From a virus, in the IMG/VR virus record IMGVR_UViG_3300045996_002431, positions 1 to 64,000 of that record: DNA of 64,000 bases. One strand, written 5' to 3'. Positions 19,226 through 27,067 of the stretch are shown here, one piece after another; positions within the stretch are counted from its first letter, which is position 1, and every line of letters starts with the position of its first letter. Made by a program: the position numbers and the translations under genes. The notes under the pieces were generated by a model, which was given only the letters and a program-made list of their open reading frames with translations, did no database searches and was not told the DNA's origin.

Positions 19226-19504
19226 ATGGAAAAGAAAGTACGAATAAAGAGAAAAGAACTGATCGCAAAAAGAAATCCCGGTTGCATTGTTATTGATGAC
19301 TTTCACGTTGTCGAGAACTTTGAGAACGACGCAGTATCTGACATTATAAGAAGCGCCACGGCTCATTCAGCAGCAAGAAAGATAGCCGGTAGATTCAGAG
19401 TGGAGATGTTGAAGTTGCTCAATGATATTACCGCAGGCAATCCATCCCACGAAAGATTGATAGTGAGAATTAATGAATTAAAATCAAAATATAACCATGA
19501 ATAA
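19226..19504 (+). CDS. Hypothetical protein
   Basis: ORF downstream of a TACATTTG promoter-like element. Confidence 0.6.
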   Translation: MEKKVRIKRKELIAKRNPGCIVIDDFHVVENFENDAVSDIIRSATAHSAARKIAGRFRVEMLKLLNDITAGNPSHERLIVRINELKSKYNHE

Positions 19505-20378
19505 TTTCCAAGAATTAAAAGAAGAATTGTTAGTAAAAGCAAAAGAAGCTAACGCCTGCTCTTCCGAATACAGGAGAGCGTATGGATCAGAAACCCAAGA
19601 ACAGTTATTAAAAGTAGTATACGATAATTTAAGTTGGTGTTTTGATCATAAAATTATTTCTGACGAATATTTTTCAAAATTCGATCAAGAAATTTTCCTA
19701 AAATCAGGCCTCGCAAATACAGGAGAATGTAATACTGGTTTTGCCAACGACGGATACGCCAACGCCGGAAACCGAAACGCCGGATACGCCAACGCCGGAA
19801 ACTACAACGCCGGAAACTACAACGCCGGATACGCCAACGCCGGAAACGACAACGCCGGAAACTACAACGCCGGAAACTACAACGCCGGAAACCGAAACGC
19901 CGGATACGCCAACGCCGGAAACGACAACGCCGGAAACGACAACGCCGGAAACGACAACGCCGGAAACTACAACGCCGGAAACTACAACGCCGGAAACTAC
20001 AACGCCGGAAACCGAAACGCCGGATACGCCAACGCCGGAAACGACAACGCCGGAGCCTTCAATACTATTCAATCTCCATACATGATGTTTAATAAGCCAT
20101 CTGACTGGACTTTTGAGAAATTCAGAGATTCAACAGCCTTCGGTCTTCTTAATTCAATAGACACAACTCTTTGGATCCCATCAGACAATATGAGTGATCA
20201 AGAAAAGAAATATCATCCATACCACGAAACGACTGGCGGTTACATTAAAAATATTCCTTTCAAAGAGGCTTTTACTAACCAATGGAATAATTGGTCAAAT
20301 TCTGCTAAACAATCATTTAAAGACCTGCCCAACTTTGATGCTGAAGTGTTTTTTAAAATAACCGGTGTAAAGATGTAA
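19497..20378 (+). CDS. N-x-G-x-x pentapeptide-repeat phage protein
   Basis: 20 NAGxx repeats followed by MFNKP...GGY....FKEAF..W...LPNFDAEVFFKITG. Confidence 0.85.
   Translation: MNNFQELKEELLVKAKEANACSSEYRRAYGSETQEQLLKVVYDNLSWCFDHKIISDEYFSKFDQEIFLKSGLANTGECNTGFANDGYANAGNRNAGYANAGNYNAGNYNAGYANAGNDNAGNYNAGNYNAGNRNAGYANAGNDNAGNDNAGNDNAGNYNAGNYNAGNYNAGNRNAGYANAGNDNAGAFNTIQSPYMMFNKPSDWTFEKFRDSTAFGLLNSIDTTLWIPSDNMSDQEKKYHPYHETTGGYIKNIPFKEAFTNQWNNWSNSAKQSFKDLPNFDAEVFFKITGVKM
19761..20060 (+). repeat. 15-bp tandem repeat, 20 units of AACGCCGGA+6 nt
   Basis: Invariant AACGCCGGA every 15 bp from 19761 to 20046. Confidence 0.95.
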
Positions 20379-20380
20379 TC

Positions 20381-20551
20381 ATGACAACTAGATTTGAAAT
20401 AATACAGTGGCTTCAGGAAAAGGAAAGAGAGGCCATGAAGAATAAGACTGACAACGCATGGAACGCGGACATGGAAGAAGTCCGTTATGAAGAAGGAAGA
20501 ATCGATCTCATAAATGAATTAATTGAAAAACTAGAAGAAGATGAACAATAA
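20381..20551 (+). CDS. 56-aa hypothetical protein (not in ORF track)
   Basis: MTTRFEIIQWLQEKER...KLEEDEQ* fills the gap and overlaps the next start. Confidence 0.65.
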   Translation: MTTRFEIIQWLQEKEREAMKNKTDNAWNADMEEVRYEEGRIDLINELIEKLEEDEQ

Positions 20552-21935
20552 CCTCAAACTACAACAACTCGAAATCGAGAATTTTAAAGGCATTGGCGAG
20601 TTTCGCCGCCTGGACATCAATGGACGATCATTTGTTATTATCGCAAAGAATGAGTCAGGTAAGTCATCACTGATTGATGCGATCATTAGTCCGGTAAATA
20701 AGAAAGTCGTTCCGTCTAAGCCAATCAAAAAAGGCGAGGAAAGAGCAACCATCAGAGAGGTCCTGGCTGGTGAGGTTAATGGAGAGCAACGCGAATATAC
20801 TCTTGACCTTCATTTCACACCATCTCAGCAGACGGGTAAATTAATCGTTTATAACGAGAAGGAAGAAAAGATCGCACGTCCGGGTCAGTTTCTCGATGAT
20901 ATCCTTGGCAACTGTTCGTTTGATGTTGAGGAGTTTCTTAGAGGAAGCAGAGCCGAAGATCGCGAACGTCGCCTGAAGTTATTACGTCAGCTTACAGGCA
21001 AGGAAAAAGAGCTTGATGAATTGGATCGTCAGAAGAAAGAAACCGTCTCCAAGCGCGAGGAAATGAGCCGGGAGATCAAAACTCTCGACGCTAACGTATA
21101 CTCGCATGGGATTACCGACGAGGAGTTTCAAAAGTACATGAATCCGCCCAAGGTTTCTCCCGAAGAAATTGAAAAGGAACTTAAGGACGTGCAGCCAAGG
21201 ATCGACACCTACAATAAGCAAAAGGAAGAGTTTGCTAAGATCCTTAACCAGGTTGCTAATCTTGAGTCAGCGTCTTCCGCGAGCGAAATCGTAATTAAGG
21301 AACAGGAAGAATTAATCAAGAACCTTAAAAATCAGATCGTAGCGGCGGAAAAACGAATCGAAACCAACCGCGACATCATCAAACAATCATCCGAAGCCAT
21401 CGCGACTCACAAGGTTCGTATCGCAAAAGCAGAAAAATGGTTTGAGGCTCAGAAACTTCCGGATATTTCCGAAATTACTGATCGATTAAATGAAACCAAC
21501 AAGCACATGAATACGTACAAACGTATAGTTGAGTTTCAGGAAAAGCAGCAGACTCTCTTCAAGAAAAAACAAGAATATGAGAACCTATCAACAAGCATCG
21601 ATGAAATTGACAGACGAAAGGCGGGAATTATTGCGAAATCGAACCTGCCTGTTGCCGGACTCACGTTTGACGAGAGTGGGATATATCTCAATGGCCTACC
21701 TCTCGAATCCGGACAGATCAACTCCGCAAAAATACTTGAGGTTGGTGAAGAAATATCGATGGCTCTCAACCCAGGCCTCAAAGTCTTATTTGTTAGAGAT
21801 GGATCTCTTTACGATTCGGAGAACCTTAAGCGTCTTGTATCTAAGGCAGAATCTAGGGGTTATCAAGTCATCATTGAGATTGTTGGAGACAATCAGGAAC
21901 TTGAAATAAAGTGGACTGAAGATTATTTTAAATAG
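20541..21935 (+). CDS. SbcC/Rad50-like coiled-coil ABC ATPase
   Basis: LEIENFKGI, Walker A-like AKNESGKSS, long coiled coil, degenerate Walker B VLFVRDGSLYD. Confidence 0.85.
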   Translation: MNNNLKLQQLEIENFKGIGEFRRLDINGRSFVIIAKNESGKSSLIDAIISPVNKKVVPSKPIKKGEERATIREVLAGEVNGEQREYTLDLHFTPSQQTGKLIVYNEKEEKIARPGQFLDDILGNCSFDVEEFLRGSRAEDRERRLKLLRQLTGKEKELDELDRQKKETVSKREEMSREIKTLDANVYSHGITDEEFQKYMNPPKVSPEEIEKELKDVQPRIDTYNKQKEEFAKILNQVANLESASSASEIVIKEQEELIKNLKNQIVAAEKRIETNRDIIKQSSEAIATHKVRIAKAEKWFEAQKLPDISEITDRLNETNKHMNTYKRIVEFQEKQQTLFKKKQEYENLSTSIDEIDRRKAGIIAKSNLPVAGLTFDESGIYLNGLPLESGQINSAKILEVGEEISMALNPGLKVLFVRDGSLYDSENLKRLVSKAESRGYQVIIEIVGDNQELEIKWTEDYFK

Positions 21936-21942
21936 CTAACGG

Positions 21943-21987
21943 TTGCATGTTGATCCGTGTGCAATGGAAGATAGCCTAGAACGGATC
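21943..21987 (+). ncRNA. H-type pseudoknot (RNA element 1)
   Basis: Stem TTGCAT/GTGCAA; loop GATCCGT pairs with ACGGATC at 21981-21987. Confidence 0.55.
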
Positions 21988-21999
21988 CCACATTAAAAG

Positions 22000-22086
22000 A
22001 CAGGGAAGGATATTGTACACGCGAATGGTAGTAGTCTACTGGGTGACGAGGTTCAATGCAAGTGCGGTAGTCGGCACACTCCCTGT
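22000..22086 (+). ncRNA. Structured RNA element 2
   Basis: Closing stem ACAGGGA/TCCCTGT; internal TTGTA/TGCAA, TGGTAG/CTACTG and GTGC/GCAC. Confidence 0.5.
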
Positions 22087-22094
22087 TTAAATAA

Positions 22095-22315
22095 GCACCT
22101 GTGGCGGAAATGGAAGACGCACTACCTTGAATGGTAACACAGAGACTCGCGGGTTTTACGCTGGCGAGAAGTCGAATACCATAATGCCTATCGCTGATCG
22201 AAAAGGAAGTTACCTCGAAAGAGATATTGTACAATAGATCGAAATGGAAAGCCAGTAGTTAGTACAGATAGGAGAGAAAGACTTGTATGGAGGTTCGAAT
22301 CCTTCCAGGTGCTCA
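22095..22315 (+). ncRNA. tRNA-Leu-like RNA with 151-nt variable-arm insertion and 6-nt anticodon loop (element 3)
   Basis: Acceptor GCACCTG/CAGGTGC; Leu-type D arm GGCGGAAATGGAAGACGC; TACC-TTGAAT-GGTA; T arm GGAGG-TTCGAAT-CCTTC. Confidence 0.75.
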
Positions 22316-22338
22316 AAAAATTAAGTTCTTTAAAATAG

Positions 22339-22476
22339 TGTCGCTAAGACGAAGTGAATACAGTGGCCTATAACGATCATAGATGTGGTTTTGGCTTATA
22401 ATCAAAACATCACTAAGGTGATTCGCACCCGGCAAGGTCGCTCCCCAACGAGCATTGCATTCACCTCTTAGCGACA
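22339..22476 (+). ncRNA. Structured RNA element 4 (long basal helix plus multibranch head)
   Basis: Perfect 11-bp TGTCGCTAAGA/TCTTAGCGACA, 11-of-12-bp GTGAATACAGTG/CATTGCATTCAC, and 4-5 internal hairpins. Confidence 0.7.
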
Positions 22477-22495
22477 ACCTTATTAAAAAAAAACC

Positions 22496-22942
22496 ATGAG
22501 TGACGCAAAATTATTTATCGTAATCGGGATCACGTTCTACGTGATTTGGATTCTAAGTTGGCTTTTTTCTATCTACAAGTGGACCCTTGACGATAAGAAA
22601 AACAAAATACCATACTATCGTTCTGAAGTTGGTATACTCTATGACATGTGGATGCTTGCAGTAACCGGATTGTTGATAATTTGTTTCGTATTCTTAAACA
22701 TTTTTTAGATGAAACCTGAGAATATTTTTCTTATCTTTCTGATCCTGGAGTTGAGTTATGTGATCACATTTATTTGGTCATACATATCATGGAATCGACA
22801 CAAAAGATTCGTTGATTACTTAACCTTCAGGCACCTTACACTTCTGTGGTTTCTTCTTGACATGATCCACGGAATTATATACACGATTGCTCTTGTTGCC
22901 GGGGCCTTCGCGTTACTCTTACAGGCAGTTAGGATTATATGA
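22496..22942 (+). CDS. Two small 2-TM membrane proteins (22496-22708, 22709-22942)
   Basis: Hydrophobic hairpins, abutting. Confidence 0.65.
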
Positions 22943-24597
22943 GACAAATAGAATTTCCGGACCGTTACACAATTAAAATGAATAAGGCCATTTGGTCTGA
23001 GCAGGAACTTTCTCTTGCGGCGTGTTATAGTTTTAAGGTTTCCGCCGAGGAAAACTTCACTTCAGTGATCTGTAACATTAAAAGAACATCCAGGCAATCA
23101 GTTGAGAATTTTATCTCGCTGGCTTTTCAGGCCCTTGTTCAAAGTCCTCTTCGGGAGAACGAAAGGAAAACTACTTTCGCTCACATCGACAAAATGTACC
23201 TTGATATGATTACTGCCAGGGACGGGATCATGAGTGACAGATTGAAGTATTGGTCCATGCTCCGAGAATATCAGAAAGAGTCTGTTATGCTCATGACCGG
23301 AAGGAAACACAACCTTCTTTCACTTCAGCAGGGTATGGGAAAGTCAATCACCGCAGCAACCGTCTCTCGTGCTCTTAAAATCCGTCGCACCCTCATCATC
23401 TGTATTCCTGTAGCCAAATGGAATTGGCAAGATGACCTTTGTACAAAATTCGGATACAATCAACTGTATTTCTCGATCCTTGACAGCAAGAAATCCAAAA
23501 CAATTAAGGCCCTGTCGCCATACCATGAGCGGTTCGTGATCACGCATTACGACGCCATCCCCAAGCACATGGATTACATTCTTTCTGCACCAATTGATCA
23601 TATCATAATAGATGAGTCGCAATTCATTAAAAACACAAATACTGCCAGGTATAAGCTTATTTCACGAATCGTTGAAGCCAATCCCCAGGCCAAGATCTCA
23701 TTCCTCTCCGGAACTCCAATCAAAAATAGAGTCGATGATCTCTTTGCGTACTTCAAGCTCGCCGGACATGAACTCGGCAAGAACAGAGCGAAGTTTATCA
23801 GGGAGTATGCGAAGACCGGCCAGGGCAGGAACCTCGACAAAGTAGTAGGGGCAAGAAACATGGATCAGTTATCCATGAACATGGCGAACTTCATGATCCG
23901 TAAAACCAAGAAGGACTGCCCGGAAATTCCTGACAAAACTTACATGAAGGTAGTAATGGAACTCGGAGATTACCGGGAAGAGTACGATCGCATCATGCTC
24001 GAGCTTCTTCAGTCAAAGGATCGAGGCGCAATCAATGGCCATATCATCTCAATGAACAGGATCTTTGCAATGGCAAAGGTTAAACCGGCCACAGAGATGA
24101 TTGAGGACCTTATAGACAAAGGTGAGAAGGTTGTGGTATTCACGTCCTACAAAGATCCGATACGCGAACTGGAGGCTTATTTTGGCGACAGGTGCGTTAA
24201 AGTTGACGGAGACGTTGACCACTCAGAGAGATTCGTTCGCGTGAAGAAATTTGTGAACGATCCTAAATGCATGGTCTTCCTTGGCAACATGATCGCAGCC
24301 GGGACCTCACTTAATCTTACAGTTTCATCAGAAGTAATATTCCTAAACTACCCATTCACGGCCACCGAGATCGATCAGGCTGTTGATAGAACTCACCGCA
24401 TCGGACAAGAGAATAAAGTTAACGTTTATTTTCTTACCTGTAAAGATACAATTGACGAAAATATTTATAACTTAGTCGCATCGAAGCAGGGGGAAATAAA
24501 TCAGATCATCGACGGGGGAGACGGCCTAGATTACGGATCCGACGTCAAAGAGAAACTTTATCAAATGTTCACCAATCAACCAGCAATATGTCAGTAG
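22939..24597 (+). CDS. SNF2-family (SF2) helicase
   Basis: LREYQ, QGMGKS, IIDESQ, LSGTP, QAVDRTHRIGQ. Confidence 0.92.
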   Translation: MRQIEFPDRYTIKMNKAIWSEQELSLAACYSFKVSAEENFTSVICNIKRTSRQSVENFISLAFQALVQSPLRENERKTTFAHIDKMYLDMITARDGIMSDRLKYWSMLREYQKESVMLMTGRKHNLLSLQQGMGKSITAATVSRALKIRRTLIICIPVAKWNWQDDLCTKFGYNQLYFSILDSKKSKTIKALSPYHERFVITHYDAIPKHMDYILSAPIDHIIIDESQFIKNTNTARYKLISRIVEANPQAKISFLSGTPIKNRVDDLFAYFKLAGHELGKNRAKFIREYAKTGQGRNLDKVVGARNMDQLSMNMANFMIRKTKKDCPEIPDKTYMKVVMELGDYREEYDRIMLELLQSKDRGAINGHIISMNRIFAMAKVKPATEMIEDLIDKGEKVVVFTSYKDPIRELEAYFGDRCVKVDGDVDHSERFVRVKKFVNDPKCMVFLGNMIAAGTSLNLTVSSEVIFLNYPFTATEIDQAVDRTHRIGQENKVNVYFLTCKDTIDENIYNLVASKQGEINQIIDGGDGLDYGSDVKEKLYQMFTNQPAICQ

Positions 24598-25420
24598 TTT
24601 TAAAAGTCAATGTTAACGACGAATTTCTAAAAGAAAATTTCCAGGTATTTAAAGATGAGGTTTATCAATCACATCACAACGAGTGGGGCAAAGACAAGAA
24701 TGGATTCGAGCAACGAGCCTACCTGATCAATACTCCAAACGACAGAGCAGTCGTTCTTTATAAATCTGAAATAGATATCCTAAGTGAGTAAATCCCTATT
24801 CACATATCCTACAGAAATTCCAAAGAGCGCCATGAATGATTATGTTATGGTGAGTAAATACAACCACGCTGAAATGATAAAGCTTGGGAGAATCTACTAC
24901 GTCATTGACACTACTTTTCATAAGCCTCATTTAATGGGAGTGTATTGCATATATCCGTGTCTTCGGCCGAATTCAACATTAGTCGTGAAGGGCGATCATT
25001 CTACTCCTCGCGCCAATTATGAAGTTTTCTGCAAGGATGGTCAAAAGTATGATGACTGGAAGGATGGATACGATTCAGTTATTAAGATGTACGAGAACTC
25101 AGGCATGCTATATGTTAAAAAAGGAGAAAAACTCGTAAAGTTCGAATTTAGGTAGTAATTTCGAAACCTCTGCAATAAGAATTGCGTATAAGACCAAAAA
25201 AACTATGATAGTGTTAATTATAATCCTGGCTTATGTGGCCAGTGTTTTTCTGAACAGGTGGATGAATAAGTTACTGTATAAGTGGGATATTGAAATCGAA
25301 CCGAATCCCACGGCCTGGTTTCTTTCATTAATATGCACCGTGTTACTTATCTTTGTGTTCTTTTCAATTTTGATCGAGAAAAACAGGAGTTGGTTCATTG
25401 GAGAAAACTGGAAAAGATAA
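24588..25420 (+). CDS. Three hypothetical genes (24588-24791, 24784-25155, 25205-25420 membrane)
   Basis: Packed co-oriented ORFs. Confidence 0.6.
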
Positions 25421-25423
25421 ACT

Positions 25424-26566
25424 ATGAGCAAAACCACAATAATTTTCGAAAAAGATCAGATCATCAATGACCTGATAAGAATCTACAACATCGTTCCATC
25501 GAAGCCACTTGTGCCGATACACGACTACTACCTGTTTCATGTCGTGGATATGCACACATGTCACATCTATGCCTCTGACGCTACAATGACGATCAGGGCC
25601 ACGGCACAGGTTCAGGCAGATGCTGATAATTTCAGATTCTGTATTCCGGCAAAACTCTTCACCGAGACAGTGAAACTTCTTCACGAGCCAACCTTCACCC
25701 TGACAGTAAAAGATAACGTCTGTCAGCTAAAATCAGGAAAGTCTAAGTTTAAACTACCTACGGAGAATCCCGACTTCTTTGTAATGATCGAAGAAGGTGC
25801 TCAGAAATCTGAAGTGTCAATTCTTGGACTTCAGTTTAAAGATGCCTTCCGCGTAGCTTCATCGTTCATCAATAAGAAACAGGACACCGCGCTAAAGAAT
25901 GTAAACCTTTCAATCAGGGATAATAAACTGGTTGTGATCGGTGGTCAGACAGTTTGTTTATCAAAGAATAACATAGCGCCACACTCACTCACTTCATTCG
26001 AGGAAACATCTATTCCGCTGGGAACGGCCAAGATTCTTCAGACGCTGTTTCAGGATAAGGATATTGTAGATGTTTATCACGACGGACGTACCGCGATGGT
26101 GAGTAATAGTTCTCTTAAGTTGATCTTTACTCTATTCGTAGGAAAGTATCCAAACACATCTACCCTTTTCAGCAGGGATAAATGTCAATACTTCAGGATC
26201 TCAACTTCATATCTACTTGAGGCTGTAAAGCGAGTTGAGTTGTATTCAGAGGAAGGTTCGTATCAATCGATATTTACTATTTCCGCCGAGAATTTATCAA
26301 TTACGACTGACGCACCGGAATCCGGGAAGGCAGCAGAAGAACATCTTGAGATTATTTCTCCACAGGAATTTACAGTGGCTCTTCCTTCGAATCAATTGAT
26401 CGAGGTATTGAGTTCTCTCACGGACCAGGACACTCTTAATACAGAGTCGATAAGGTTCTATATGCCCGACACTCCTAAGAAACCAATCATCATAACCGAT
26501 GACAGTGATTCGCCAAGCAGGGAGTTTTTAATTTCACCAATGATGATAAATAAACCAAAACCATGA
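25424..26566 (+). CDS. dnaN: DNA polymerase III beta sliding clamp homolog
   Basis: 380 aa. IVPSKPLVPI..YLF, IPAKLF.E.VK.L, SKFKLP, GKYPN, C-terminal LISPM. Confidence 0.85.
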   Translation: MSKTTIIFEKDQIINDLIRIYNIVPSKPLVPIHDYYLFHVVDMHTCHIYASDATMTIRATAQVQADADNFRFCIPAKLFTETVKLLHEPTFTLTVKDNVCQLKSGKSKFKLPTENPDFFVMIEEGAQKSEVSILGLQFKDAFRVASSFINKKQDTALKNVNLSIRDNKLVVIGGQTVCLSKNNIAPHSLTSFEETSIPLGTAKILQTLFQDKDIVDVYHDGRTAMVSNSSLKLIFTLFVGKYPNTSTLFSRDKCQYFRISTSYLLEAVKRVELYSEEGSYQSIFTISAENLSITTDAPESGKAAEEHLEIISPQEFTVALPSNQLIEVLSSLTDQDTLNTESIRFYMPDTPKKPIIITDDSDSPSREFLISPMMINKPKP

Positions 26567-26955
26567 CAATAAACGACATGCGAGATAAGGCATATGCCAA
26601 CTCGAAATCAAAAGGATTCCATGATGAGCCGGTGGAATTTGGAACGCGGCTTGCTCTTATTCATTCTGAAGTTTCTGAAGCTCTTGAGGCCCATAGGAAG
26701 GGCGGAAGTTTAAGTAACCTTGAAGACTTCAAATTAAATTACGATTGGAGATTAAGGAACGGCGAGGACGAGGCGACTGCGTTTAAAATGGCTTTTGAAA
26801 ATCACATAAAAGATTCGGTTGGAGATGAATTATCAGATGCCATGATAAGAATCGGAGATCTTACCGGGCTTATGAAGATAGACATCCAGGAACACGTTCG
26901 TTTAAAAATGCGTTACAACTCAATGAGACCACATAAGCATGGAAAAAACTACTAA
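26563..26955 (+). CDS. MazG-like all-alpha NTP pyrophosphohydrolase
   Basis: LALIHSEVSEALEA...DELSDAMIRIGDL...KMRYNSMRPHKHGK. Confidence 0.85.
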   Translation: MTINDMRDKAYANSKSKGFHDEPVEFGTRLALIHSEVSEALEAHRKGGSLSNLEDFKLNYDWRLRNGEDEATAFKMAFENHIKDSVGDELSDAMIRIGDLTGLMKIDIQEHVRLKMRYNSMRPHKHGKNY

Positions 26956-27064
26956 GCCGGGATCATACGACCAGGAAGGTCGTTACAATCCAACAGATAA
27001 AGAGTTAAATAAAACTTTGCTAATCGTGATCGCAATCGCTATATTAGCGGTCCTTGGTCATTAA
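26939..27064 (+). CDS. 41-aa single-TM peptide (not in ORF track)
   Basis: MEKTTKPGSY...KTLLIVIAIAILAVLGH* fills the gap between genes. Confidence 0.45.
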   Translation: MEKTTKPGSYDQEGRYNPTDKELNKTLLIVIAIAILAVLGH

Positions 27065-27067
27065 TCT

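Noticed and set aside
19761-20060. CRISPR array or DGR template (AAC-rich repeat)
   Set aside because: Units are 15 bp, in frame inside a CDS, with no unique spacers. No reverse transcriptase or adenine-mutated second copy is visible in the window.
19704-20085. Alternative-frame ORFs (SGVVV and TTPET repeats)
   Set aside because: By-products of the stop-free tandem repeat.
21926-21953. Programmed frameshift or readthrough at TTTAAATAG
   Set aside because: The heptamer is in the wrong phase, and the -1, +1 and readthrough frames all stop within a few codons.
21923-22234. 103-aa minus-strand ORF
   Set aside because: Antisense to the + strand arm, non-ATG start, and overlaps the tRNA-like structure.
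22187-22272. Hammerhead ribozyme (CTGATCGA...GAAA) or group I intron in the tRNA insert
   Set aside because: The core has an extra nucleotide, and stems I and III cannot both be formed around a NUH site. A CAGAGACTC R-like motif is present, but there is no room for P3-P6 and the insert is not in the anticodon loop.
22095-22315. tmRNA
   Set aside because: It has a paired D stem and an anticodon-like arm, lacks the G3:U70 alanine acceptor, and is short for a tmRNA.
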